In this document: positions 28,978 to 38,598 of the stretch, in pieces | Position numbering within the stretch: position 1 is the first letter of the stretch | Layout of the letters: each line of letters opens with the position of its first letter | Virus record (IMG/VR): IMGVR_UViG_3300006919_000001 | Span: 19,396-83,395 of that record | Reading direction: 5' to 3' (one strand) | DNA from: a virus | Length of the DNA stretch: 64,000 bases | The notes under the pieces: model-generated | Told to the model about the DNA's origin: nothing | Seen by the model: the letters and a program-made list of their open reading frames with translations, nothing else | Database searches by the model: none | Program-made: the position numbers and the translations under genes

Positions 28978-31124
28978 TAATCCATTGTTGTTTGCCCTTC
29001 CACGAAATTAACTTGGTCTTGGAAATCATTATACGCCCCTTCTGAGAATACTACATTCCCTCCAGAACTTCCTGATACATTATTAGAAGCTGCAGCCGTT
29101 GCTGAATTTTCTAAGGCAGTTTCTGCACCCAAATTGGCTGCGTTGTTTGCCGATAAATCTCCAACTGCTGTAGCTGATACTCCTTGAGGGGCTGCGATTG
29201 TTCCACCTCCACCACCAGAGCCTCTTCCTCCAGCTCTACCTTTCATTTTTGTTTTCTTTATAGTAGACAAACTCTTAGCTATTGGAGCTAGTACCATTGC
29301 TGTCCCAACTGCTCCATGTAAAGCAATTTGCGGAATTGTTTTTTTATCTGCAGCTCGAGCCCAAACTGCGCCTATTGCTTCCGGTGCTTTAATTAAGGCC
29401 AATGCAATTGCAGCTTCCTTACTTACTCCGAAGGCTTCAGCTGCCATAGCTATACCAGATTCTAACATTGCATTGTCACTTGCTTTAGACCTTTTAACTG
29501 CCTCTGCCTGTAACTTGTCCGTTACATTCTGGTAGTTCTTTTCTATCGCTTCTTTTTCTAATGCAGTTAATCCTAGTTGTTCTAATTCTTGGTCTCTTTT
29601 TCGTATTAAGAAATCGAGTTCTTCTTGGAGAGTTAATTCTCCAGATTCTCTTTTTCTTTCTATTTCTAAAAGGTCAATTTCATTCCTAGCCTCTCTATCT
29701 TTTTCAGCATTCTCTGCAAGTAATTGCCTTTCAACTTCTGCCTCGTCTGCTTCTCTTTGTTTCTTCTGTTTTTCTATTTCAGCAAATGCTGCTTGTTGTT
29801 CTTGAAAACCTTTGATTTCTTTGGCCCTTGCGTCCATAGCAGCTTTTTCTAACTTTGCTGCTTCTGCTTCTTTCTTTTTATTTTCGGTTCTAATTTGACC
29901 ATTGACTCTCTTATTTTCAGATTCAATCTGTCTAGCTAGGTTTAATCTTGCAGTTTGTTGATTATTTACCGCTGCGATTGCCTCAGCCTCTGCATCTAAA
30001 TTTTCTTTATTGGAGCGACTAAATGTATTCTCTAAGCTTTGGGCATCTCTTCTTAATTCTAAAGATTTCAATTCTTTTGCTAATAATTGGTCTCCAATAT
30101 CTAAAGCTTCCTGTAAGAAAACTTTTCTTTCTGCTGCTGAGAATTTTTCCTCTTGTTTTGCCTTTAATCTTAAGTCCGCTATTTTCGCATCTAGAACTGA
30201 ACGTTCGACCTTTAATTTACGGTCTATACGGTCAGCCTTAGCTCTCATGTCAGCCACTTCGCCTGCAGCCTCAGCTTCCTTTTCTTGTTCTTTTATAAAT
30301 TCACCTAATGCATTTTTGGCTCCATCTATTGAATCCGTAACACTGTCAACGCCTAGGGCAACTTTACCCATTGCATCTAAAGCTACTTTACCAGCTTCTG
30401 CAAATTTACCTTTAAATACTAATGATATTGCACTACCTAATTTTGGAATGATTTCTATTAGTCCATCTATCCTATTTGAGATATTTGTTTTTATAAAGTT
30501 TCCAAAACTTTCTAGAGCTTCTCTTGGATTTGTAAACATCCAAACTAAAGCTTCAGCTACTTCAGCAACTAAATCCATAAGGTTTCCTAATAGAGCACTC
30601 GCAACTCCCATTGCTTTATTCCATTTGTCTTGACCTTCTTCACTAGATGTGAATGCTTCTTTTAATAGTTTGAATAGTCCAACTAAAAGTGTAATCATTA
30701 AAACAATTGGATTTGCAGCCAGAGCTTTGAATGAAGTTATCATTCCACCAGTTGCATTGTCCAATTTATTAACGGCTCCTTGTTGGGCGTTATATGATTT
30801 CCTTAAAGAATTAGACTGCTTTATTAATGCGGTCTCCTGCTTTGTTGCTTTTAATTTTGTGTTAGTTAATTTTTTGGATGCTTGGTCCAATTCCTTTTCC
30901 TTACCTACAACACCAGTTAATGCTTTTACCTCATTTTCTAATCCGGCTATTGTTTGCTTATTAAGCTTTTCCTGAATTTCAGTTTGCTTATTTTTTGCGG
31001 AAATTCTTTCTTCTAAAGTCTTGGTACTATCTGACGCAACAGCATTTAATTTAACAATCTCTTGTTGTGCCTGCGAAGCGTCTAAGATGACCTTAGTTTC
31101 AATTGTATTATTTTCTGTTGCCAT
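28977..31124 (-). CDS. Tape measure protein
   Basis: 715-aa Ala/Lys/Glu helical protein with hydrophobic patches (ANPIVLMITLLVGLF). Confidence 0.7.
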   Translation of the reverse strand: MATENNTIETKVILDASQAQQEIVKLNAVASDSTKTLEERISAKNKQTEIQEKLNKQTIAGLENEVKALTGVVGKEKELDQASKKLTNTKLKATKQETALIKQSNSLRKSYNAQQGAVNKLDNATGGMITSFKALAANPIVLMITLLVGLFKLLKEAFTSSEEGQDKWNKAMGVASALLGNLMDLVAEVAEALVWMFTNPREALESFGNFIKTNISNRIDGLIEIIPKLGSAISLVFKGKFAEAGKVALDAMGKVALGVDSVTDSIDGAKNALGEFIKEQEKEAEAAGEVADMRAKADRIDRKLKVERSVLDAKIADLRLKAKQEEKFSAAERKVFLQEALDIGDQLLAKELKSLELRRDAQSLENTFSRSNKENLDAEAEAIAAVNNQQTARLNLARQIESENKRVNGQIRTENKKKEAEAAKLEKAAMDARAKEIKGFQEQQAAFAEIEKQKKQREADEAEVERQLLAENAEKDREARNEIDLLEIERKRESGELTLQEELDFLIRKRDQELEQLGLTALEKEAIEKNYQNVTDKLQAEAVKRSKASDNAMLESGIAMAAEAFGVSKEAAIALALIKAPEAIGAVWARAADKKTIPQIALHGAVGTAMVLAPIAKSLSTIKKTKMKGRAGGRGSGGGGGTIAAPQGVSATAVGDLSANNAANLGAETALENSATAAASNNVSGSSGGNVVFSEGAYNDFQDQVNFVEGQTTMD

Positions 31125-31184
31125 TTATTTATTGTTTATTAAAACTAGCCTAAATAAAGTCTAGGCTAGCTCTATGTGTTATGT

Positions 31185-33977
31185 TTATGATACTATCCAA
31201 CCTCCACCTGGTGGAACTGCTGAATCAGCTTCATTAGTTTTCAATACTACTTTGTGAAATCCTGTGTTTTGGAAATCTACTAATACAGTTCCCGTACTTG
31301 GAGAAACTGGAAAAGCCACTGAATATAGTGGTCCTAATGCTACATCATTTGTATTGTCCCATTTCTGGAATTCAAATGTTGCAAAAGTTGGAGTATTATT
31401 GAAATCTGTATATGTATAAGTTACATTAACAAACTCTGTATCAGTCCCCATTTGATTTGGAGATATCGTTACCGTTGCCGGAGTTGTATCTGGCCCATAG
31501 TATAGAGTTATCTCATTAGATTCTAATCCTCCATCATCAGTTACTTTTAATACGTACCATCCAGCATCACTGCCTATTGGGTCTGCATTTAACCAAGATT
31601 GTTGATTGTCAATATATGGTGGAAATGAAAGCGTTGAATTATATTGAAATCCAGTTGGAGTTCCTCCGGTTGCTGGATTATCTGAATACTTGATTCTTGT
31701 TAGAGTCGCTGCATTCGGTGTATAATATTTAAAAGTTGCTTCACTTACCATATTCCAGAAATCAAATCCAACATAAGGCTCTTCAACCCTACCAGATAAT
31801 CTAATTTCAGCTGCTGGGGGAATTATATCCTCATTGTTTAAATTAGCTATTAATTTAATAAGACTAACTGAAGTTGGCGTTGAAGAATTTTCATATTCTG
31901 AAATTTCCTCTATTATATAAAAGCCTCCAAGTTCACCTATATAAATTGGTTCGCTTAAATCTATGTTTTTAATTATTGGTGCCGGCAATAAGAAGTCTTG
32001 TTTCACTCTAACCGCATTGTCAACTAACCTATACCATTCAGTAACTCCTTGAGGAATCGTTGCATAATTTACATTTGCCATTAATGGAAGTCCGGTGAAG
32101 TCTCCTTGTATTGAACCATCAGCTCTTTGTTGAGATAATACCCCAGCAAGTGCGCCCCTATATTGAATTAACCCAAGTCCTTTATTTGTAAATTCAGTAT
32201 ACGGAGAAATGGTGTTTCTCACATTGACAACTTGCTCTACATCTTTAAAGTTTTTATTATAATCTTCGGCTGTTGCCTTGTATCTATTTTCTTGACCTTG
32301 ATTTACTAAATTGTATTTGAATGTATTTCCCAAATATGGGTCATTTAATCCAATTGAATTTATCTTACCATATTCATTTCCAAAATTAGTCTTCCACGTT
32401 GGGGGATTATATTTTAGTAAATATTCATCCCATACTCCATAATTACCATTGTCTTGCTGCGTTTCATATTGACCGTATGTGAAGAACTTAATAACTTTTG
32501 TGTCGTTATTTATATCCATCAAAATACCTTCTTTATGCATTAAGCTTGTAAGTAATGTTTTTAAAGATTCTGTTGGTGCTCCAAATGTTAAATCCGCTGT
32601 GTTGGGTAAAAATTGTCCAAACTCATCAAATGCTATTACATCTACAGGTAATATTACCTCTATTGCTCTCATTGAACTCAATAGGGTATTATATGAATAA
32701 AGTTGGTTTTGTCTATATCCAATTTGCATACCGATAAAGGCTCCGACACCTGCTGGTGCTAGATTTATTATACTTTTATTTACATTCAATTCTATATCAA
32801 ACTCTCTCGCTGGGTCAACGTTTAATTCAATTACTCCAGCTGGAAATTCATTTGGGTCTCCTATTGGTAAACCACTTGAATAATAAGTAGATACTATAGG
32901 GTCTCCTTGAACTAGCGGATGCCAATACAATATAACTCTAACTCTAACATTAGAATGAGCATCTGGACTTACATTAAATTGAAAATCAATTTCTCCAGCA
33001 TTACCAGATTCTAAATTTGGAACAAACACATAGTTACCATTAAGTGATGGATTGTCCTCTAATATTGGGTTGTTTACCCAATTAGAATAATCGGCCGGAT
33101 TTACCGAAACTGATTGTGGAAAAATCATCAATGAAGATGTGGCCCTAAGAACTACTGATACGGCCTCTGCCCAAAATTCTCCGACTTGTTCAATTACTTC
33201 ATGTGGTACGGTTTCAAAAACCGAATCACTATCTTCATTGTCCTTATTGCTTGAACCAACCATGTATGTCGATTCAATAGTCGCCCAATCTACTGACGGG
33301 TCATATATTGCCGTGTATCCAAATCTTTCAGTTGCTAAATCAAATAATGACATAGCATTAAAGACTGGTCTAGATTGATATGGATTAAACACATTATCTA
33401 CTCTAATTCCAGCATTGTTTTGTTGAAATTGGTCACCTATAACATTCAAGTTATTTGGAAATAAACATAAATTATACCCTCTAGTTCCAACTTCAGTAAG
33501 CGGAGTTAATACTGCATTTGTTGGCAATGAATATCCACGTAGTTCAGCTATTGAAGCTGCGTAATCCGCTGGAATGTCATATGCTATATTTAATAATAAT
33601 TCTTTATAAGTTATTGAGCTCCACCTTGAAATTACATCAAAGGCTTCATCTACAAAATTTACATTTATATCACCACGTAAAGTATTATTGATTAATAAAA
33701 ATCCAACCTTTATAAGTTGGTCATTTATAAAATATTTAGCATTATATTTACTATTCAAAGACCTTGCCAGTTGAGATTGATTAAATACATTAATCCCTAA
33801 TGCATTTATATTCTTCCAAGTATTTGGAAGTGAAAATGTATTACTTCCTCCAATTTGCCTATTCTTTGTTTCTCCTATTTTATTAACTCTTGCATTATAC
33901 TTAACGGACTTAGAATCTCTGAATTCGAGTTCCACCCAGTTCCCGTTTTTTAATATTTCGATTCTGTCTGCATTCAT
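31185..33977 (-). CDS. Tail tip/hub protein
   Basis: 930 aa; SNTFSLPNT..N motif; adjacent to the tape measure gene. Confidence 0.65.
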   Translation of the reverse strand: MNADRIEILKNGNWVELEFRDSKSVKYNARVNKIGETKNRQIGGSNTFSLPNTWKNINALGINVFNQSQLARSLNSKYNAKYFINDQLIKVGFLLINNTLRGDINVNFVDEAFDVISRWSSITYKELLLNIAYDIPADYAASIAELRGYSLPTNAVLTPLTEVGTRGYNLCLFPNNLNVIGDQFQQNNAGIRVDNVFNPYQSRPVFNAMSLFDLATERFGYTAIYDPSVDWATIESTYMVGSSNKDNEDSDSVFETVPHEVIEQVGEFWAEAVSVVLRATSSLMIFPQSVSVNPADYSNWVNNPILEDNPSLNGNYVFVPNLESGNAGEIDFQFNVSPDAHSNVRVRVILYWHPLVQGDPIVSTYYSSGLPIGDPNEFPAGVIELNVDPAREFDIELNVNKSIINLAPAGVGAFIGMQIGYRQNQLYSYNTLLSSMRAIEVILPVDVIAFDEFGQFLPNTADLTFGAPTESLKTLLTSLMHKEGILMDINNDTKVIKFFTYGQYETQQDNGNYGVWDEYLLKYNPPTWKTNFGNEYGKINSIGLNDPYLGNTFKYNLVNQGQENRYKATAEDYNKNFKDVEQVVNVRNTISPYTEFTNKGLGLIQYRGALAGVLSQQRADGSIQGDFTGLPLMANVNYATIPQGVTEWYRLVDNAVRVKQDFLLPAPIIKNIDLSEPIYIGELGGFYIIEEISEYENSSTPTSVSLIKLIANLNNEDIIPPAAEIRLSGRVEEPYVGFDFWNMVSEATFKYYTPNAATLTRIKYSDNPATGGTPTGFQYNSTLSFPPYIDNQQSWLNADPIGSDAGWYVLKVTDDGGLESNEITLYYGPDTTPATVTISPNQMGTDTEFVNVTYTYTDFNNTPTFATFEFQKWDNTNDVALGPLYSVAFPVSPSTGTVLVDFQNTGFHKVVLKTNEADSAVPPGGGWIVS

Positions 33978-33978
33978 A

Positions 33979-34986
33979 TTATCTTGTTTTTTGTTTTGTT
34001 TCTGAAATACTCTTCATTGATACTGAAAAATCCCCACCGCTTGACAAAGAAGTTATTGGAGTCGATGAACTAGTTTTTCTAACTAATTCTAATGGACTAG
34101 TAACAGTTCTTTTATAGTATAGTGCAGGTGTCGAGTGAATACCACTAACAGCCATTAAGTCTTCCTTAGAAAGAGATAATGCTTTTGTTGAGATTGTATA
34201 CGAAGACATAACCTCAGTGTAGTTAACTCCAATGTATGGAGAACCATTTATTTCTTCAGTTGATTTAAACATACCTGATGATATGTTTCCACTATATGAA
34301 CCTGATTCCGATTCTGTTGCTATATCCATACCCCAAATCATCCACGACCCAAATCTACTTTTAAATACTAGGAATCCACCATCTGCAGCGCAGCCTTCGT
34401 CTTCGATATTTGTCGTTATTATTGGCGATGAATCGACGGCAGTTGCTAATGCTAATTGGGAATCAAAAGTTGGATATCCAATCCATCTCCCTTTTAACTG
34501 TACCCCGTAAAGTTCAGCTTCTGTCAATACTTGACTTTCGTCAACTAATGGTACAAAATTCTTAAGAGTCCTGCCCCCTATTATTGGTAATTTTGTAACT
34601 ATAGTTTCGGCCACAGTGTAGTCCGTATAAATTCTAAACTCATACTTATATTTTGAAACTACGGATTGCCAACCACTTACACTATCAGTCATCTCAGTAG
34701 TAGATTGATACTTGTAAACATCTGCATCATGATACTGCCTAGCTAGCTCCATTAAGTCTACACTTAAAGCTACTCCAGAATTAATGTCATAGATTGCATA
34801 CTTTGATTCAAAAGCTACTTGAACAGAACTATCCGTTGTGTCTATTATACTAATGTCTATAAAGAATAAAGTTGATAGTGGATTGTCATCCAATAAAACT
34901 ACCCTTAGGGGCTCGAACAAATAACAGTAAGAGCATGCTGGTGTAATTACTTGCCCGGATATTTCCGGATTAATTGTTATTGCCAT
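33979..34986 (-). CDS. Distal tail-like structural protein
   Basis: FKSRFGSW motif; located in the tail module. Confidence 0.55.
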   Translation of the reverse strand: MAITINPEISGQVITPACSYCYLFEPLRVVLLDDNPLSTLFFIDISIIDTTDSSVQVAFESKYAIYDINSGVALSVDLMELARQYHDADVYKYQSTTEMTDSVSGWQSVVSKYKYEFRIYTDYTVAETIVTKLPIIGGRTLKNFVPLVDESQVLTEAELYGVQLKGRWIGYPTFDSQLALATAVDSSPIITTNIEDEGCAADGGFLVFKSRFGSWMIWGMDIATESESGSYSGNISSGMFKSTEEINGSPYIGVNYTEVMSSYTISTKALSLSKEDLMAVSGIHSTPALYYKRTVTSPLELVRKTSSSTPITSLSSGGDFSVSMKSISETKQKTR

Positions 34987-34991
34987 TTTAT

Positions 34992-35147
34992 TTATTTTTT
35001 AGGTGACCAAATATTTCCTGAGAAATTATTTAACCATTGTTTTTTATTATTACACGATACGCAATCTTTTTTACGTTCTGCTGTTTTTGGTAATACGGTT
35101 TTGATTATGGTCTCAACCATATCGCCAAGTCCTTTTGTATTTTCCAT
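34992..35147 (-). CDS. Small CxxC protein (not in the ORF track)
   Basis: MENTKGLGDMVETIIK...KDCVSCNNKKQWLN, 51 aa. Confidence 0.6.
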   Translation of the reverse strand: MENTKGLGDMVETIIKTVLPKTAERKKDCVSCNNKKQWLNNFSGNIWSPKK

Positions 35148-35159
35148 ATTATTTTATTT

Positions 35160-35226
35160 TAGTAACTCATAGGGGATTCGAACCCTTCTCTATAATTGTA
35201 CCACCTGGCCAGTTGGTGGATGAGTT
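35160..35226 (-). ncRNA. tRNA-like element lacking an anticodon arm
   Basis: Perfect AACTCAT/ATGAGTT acceptor stem, ACC-AACTGGCCA-GGT D arm, GGG-TTCGAAT-CCC T arm, ends A-CTA; only ~15 nt between the D and T arms. Confidence 0.7.
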
Positions 35227-35312
35227 AAAAGATAATAAGTTTGTATTTCACTTACTACCAACAATTGCCCTCGACTATACTGCATGTAGCAATATATTAT
35301 CTCGAAGTACCG

Positions 35313-35543
35313 TTATCTTAAATTAATTATAATTCTACTTACTGTTCTGCTTAAGTGCTGTAGGTACACATTAAATGCGTCCATAACCCTTGATTGACCA
35401 TCGCCTTCGAATCTAGTATTTGTTGCGAAATTAATCGTATCTCCAAATCTAATATCTTGACAATCCTGTAAATGTGCTAATAATTCTCCATTGTAATATG
35501 AAGTCATATCGCTGCTATTAATTATTAATATATCTTTCGTCAT
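35313..35543 (-). CDS. Hypothetical protein
   Basis: Translationally coupled 76-aa ORF. Confidence 0.55.
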   Translation of the reverse strand: MTKDILIINSSDMTSYYNGELLAHLQDCQDIRFGDTINFATNTRFEGDGQSRVMDAFNVYLQHLSRTVSRIIINLR

Positions 35544-35992
35544 TATGCTTTAAATTTTATTTCAGTGGGTAACGCCTTGTCATAAGCTTTATTTACATCT
35601 TGAGATTGCTTCTCCATGACCTCAACACTTAAAGTTTTAGTGTATTCTCCTACGCTATTATTAATTGCCTCCTGAATTGCATTCGGTGCATTAGGTACCC
35701 AATTTTTGGTTCCCTTTTTTCCAATGCTATTCTGTATTGCAAACGCGGTTCCCATCTCATTTGTACCCTCAAAAATAATTCCCTTGTCTCCAATCCATTC
35801 TAAAATTGGGTCTAGTGGTGGTTTCTTTCCAGGGCCTCTTCCGTACTTCGCAAATTGTACGTGTGCTGGGGTTAACATTGTGACATTGTCTGAACCTATA
35901 TTAATAACACTTTTGTCAGTTGTGTATTGGTCAAGGTCTTCAGCAATTGCTTTTAGAAATGCCTCTGATAACCTTATGAATATGTCGTTCAT
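35543..35992 (-). CDS. Neck/tail completion protein
   Basis: YGRGPGKKPP...I.EW...KG....AFAI..SI.KKG. Confidence 0.65.
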   Translation of the reverse strand: MNDIFIRLSEAFLKAIAEDLDQYTTDKSVINIGSDNVTMLTPAHVQFAKYGRGPGKKPPLDPILEWIGDKGIIFEGTNEMGTAFAIQNSIGKKGTKNWVPNAPNAIQEAINNSVGEYTKTLSVEVMEKQSQDVNKAYDKALPTEIKFKA

Positions 35993-35998
35993 TTTTGG

Positions 35999-36445
35999 TT
36001 AGCAGTTTTTAACCGGGGCTGCCATTGTAAATCTGCCCAATATCCCGGCATGTTTTCCGGCGCCATGCTTTGGTACTAATTTACTTCCAACTGCGGACAA
36101 AGGTTCTCCTGCATAATTAGTAAGAGTTGGAGACAATAGACCCCTCAAGTTTTGGACGAATTGCATATACAAATAATGCATTTCAGTTGCCATGCTTTCA
36201 GCTTCATCTTTTGTTGTGTCTTCTGGTTTACCCATTAGTAAACAAACCACATCCACGGTTGGGTTGTCTAAGAATCCATGTTCGTTAAAAGTCATTTTAA
36301 TATCCATGTCCCAAGATACCAACATAATTGGCAAATCAGCTTGTGATGTTATTCTATTTAATTGTACTTCTATTTTTTCAGTGGAATTTGTGATTACAGC
36401 CGTAATTCCAACTGACTCAGCTGCTTCTTTTATTTTTGTAATCAT
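35999..36445 (-). CDS. Putative tail terminator protein
   Basis: Size and position next to the neck gene. Confidence 0.45.
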   Translation of the reverse strand: MITKIKEAAESVGITAVITNSTEKIEVQLNRITSQADLPIMLVSWDMDIKMTFNEHGFLDNPTVDVVCLLMGKPEDTTKDEAESMATEMHYLYMQFVQNLRGLLSPTLTNYAGEPLSAVGSKLVPKHGAGKHAGILGRFTMAAPVKNC

Positions 36446-36587
36446 TTTTTTGTTTTTATTAAATTAATCCACTCCAATATAATATAAACCCTATGAGATG
36501 GGTTGTCATAGGGTATTTGAATAAATTTGAATCGACATATGCACCATTAAAATACATCAATAATACTATAAGTCTTTCCATTATTTT

Positions 36588-37061
36588 TTATTTTCTAGTT
36601 GAGATATTTCTATATTTCTCCATCCCCCTTGAACCAAAATATGCTATGTAAACACCAAGCAATAATGATTTCAAAAGTTCAATCCATTCTGACGGTACTT
36701 CAATTTCCGTGCTGAAAGAATCTAAATAAATTAATACAATTGTTGTAACTGTTAGGAATACTAAACTTAGAGGTCTAACATTTTTTGATAACCAAGAATC
36801 TGACATCATATCAGAATCCCATCTATCGGTAACGCCTTCCATTTCTGCAATATCAAGTTTCATAACTGTTATTGCAAATTCTCTATCAGCATCCGACATT
36901 GAATCATCTCCTGCAATTATATCCATTGCACCTTTTATGTTTCCAGTAGAAAGGTTTCCTACAACCCCAGCCACATCTCTAAAATTTATGGAACGTAGGA
37001 ATTTACCTACTGCAGTTCCATCTCCTCCGTTCTTTCTTTTATTCGGGTTAGGTTGTTTCAT
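36588..37061 (-). CDS. 3TM-type holin-like protein
   Basis: DRWDSDM.SDSWLSKNVRPL...AYFGSRG.EK. Confidence 0.75.
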   Translation of the reverse strand: MKQPNPNKRKNGGDGTAVGKFLRSINFRDVAGVVGNLSTGNIKGAMDIIAGDDSMSDADREFAITVMKLDIAEMEGVTDRWDSDMMSDSWLSKNVRPLSLVFLTVTTIVLIYLDSFSTEIEVPSEWIELLKSLLLGVYIAYFGSRGMEKYRNISTRK

Positions 37062-37067
37062 ATTTTT

Positions 37068-37808
37068 TTATTTTGCGTATCTTCTTTGTTCTCTCATCTT
37101 CCTTTCTTTGATGACCCTTAAATTCTCATGAATATGAGCGTAGGTTGCATCTGAATAAGAATTCATTTGAGTTAAAGCATAGCTTACTTGCCAAGCTTCA
37201 TCATAAGAACTATTAAAGTCCTTACATATTTTTTTTATTGTTGACAGCATGTTGAATTGTTGCATCCTATGAATTCCAGCAGTTTGCATATCTTCATTGG
37301 GTACCTCAACCGAGGCGAATCTTTTTTTCCACTCTAGCTGTGATTCTTTTAGATTTTTGTAAATCCAATTATACAATCCAACCATATCTACCAATGATTC
37401 ATTCTCTATTTTTTCAATAAAGTCTTTAAACTTTTTACAATCCGAATCATAGTGGTCATCTATATTTTTCTCATAGCATGATATTGCTATCATCCTACTC
37501 ATCATATTTACAACATCTGAATCTTCATCCACTGAGCCAAGGAAAGAATTTATTTCCATCATTGCCTTGAACGATATTGAATCTATATTGCTAGGTCTTT
37601 TTATATTTCCTTTTTCATTATACTCCAATTCCTCAAGGTCAAGATTTTGACCATGCTTGATTATAAGTAATGCTTTTTTTAGTGCTCCGCTAAATCCAAT
37701 ATTATTGAAGAACCAAAGCTTCTTATATCCAACGACTTCTTCAACAACTCCAGTAACATCGATGGAGCTTCCAGTTATCTTTGTTAAGTCTTTTAATCTC
37801 AATTTCAT
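37068..37808 (-). CDS. Putative tail assembly chaperone
   Basis: AGI....F..L.TI..I pattern; start of the tail module. Confidence 0.4.
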   Translation of the reverse strand: MKLRLKDLTKITGSSIDVTGVVEEVVGYKKLWFFNNIGFSGALKKALLIIKHGQNLDLEELEYNEKGNIKRPSNIDSISFKAMMEINSFLGSVDEDSDVVNMMSRMIAISCYEKNIDDHYDSDCKKFKDFIEKIENESLVDMVGLYNWIYKNLKESQLEWKKRFASVEVPNEDMQTAGIHRMQQFNMLSTIKKICKDFNSSYDEAWQVSYALTQMNSYSDATYAHIHENLRVIKERKMREQRRYAK

Positions 37809-37885
37809 TTTACCTAGTTTTTTAAAATAGAAAAGGAGCCGTTTTAAGGGCCCCTAATTTTTATTCTATATATTTGTATTAAACC

Positions 37886-38458
37886 TTATTGATTATCCCT
37901 TATGGTTGCGCTATGATATTCCTCGTAGGTTAGATTAACAAAGATTGCTAACGGGATTGCCGCCACAACCTCTCCCCAAGCTACTGAGTATATTTTTAAT
38001 ACGAATCCTCCGACAAACCCGAGTATTCCAACTATGGCTCCAATCAAGGCGATTAACTGTGCTCTTTTTGACCTATGGTAAGTTACCATTGCAACATACC
38101 CAAATAGGATTGCGCTTCCGGTTCCAGCCAAATGCAAAGCCTCTATTATCTTTGATGGGTTATTTACACTAAATGTAATTACCGTTCCAAACAAATAAGC
38201 CACTGCTATAAAACATTGTCCCAATGTAATTCTACCAAGTAACCAAATTTTAGTTATCTCAACTTCTTTATTCGGATTTGTAAAACCCGATATCATAAAT
38301 AAGGATGATATACATACTAGCGTTGAATATAAAAGTGGGTCATGCATAGTTCCAGCATATTGACTCCAACTTGGATATAAATTTAGTACGGCCATAAGTA
38401 ATCCAAGGACTAATGAAATTGCCGTTAAAATTCTTACATTTAAGATTGCTCTTTTCAT
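37886..38458 (-). CDS. Polytopic membrane protein
   Basis: About six hydrophobic helices. Confidence 0.7.
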   Translation of the reverse strand: MKRAILNVRILTAISLVLGLLMAVLNLYPSWSQYAGTMHDPLLYSTLVCISSLFMISGFTNPNKEVEITKIWLLGRITLGQCFIAVAYLFGTVITFSVNNPSKIIEALHLAGTGSAILFGYVAMVTYHRSKRAQLIALIGAIVGILGFVGGFVLKIYSVAWGEVVAAIPLAIFVNLTYEEYHSATIRDNQ

Positions 38459-38598
38459 AGTTTTGTTTTTTAATGGATATCTACCCTAATGGTTTTGCAT
38501 TAGAATCGATTTTAAACAATAAAAGAGGCCCTCTACGAGCCTCTAATGTGTTTTGTATATATTTATGTCACTATATAAAAGATAAGCCGTTAGACCTC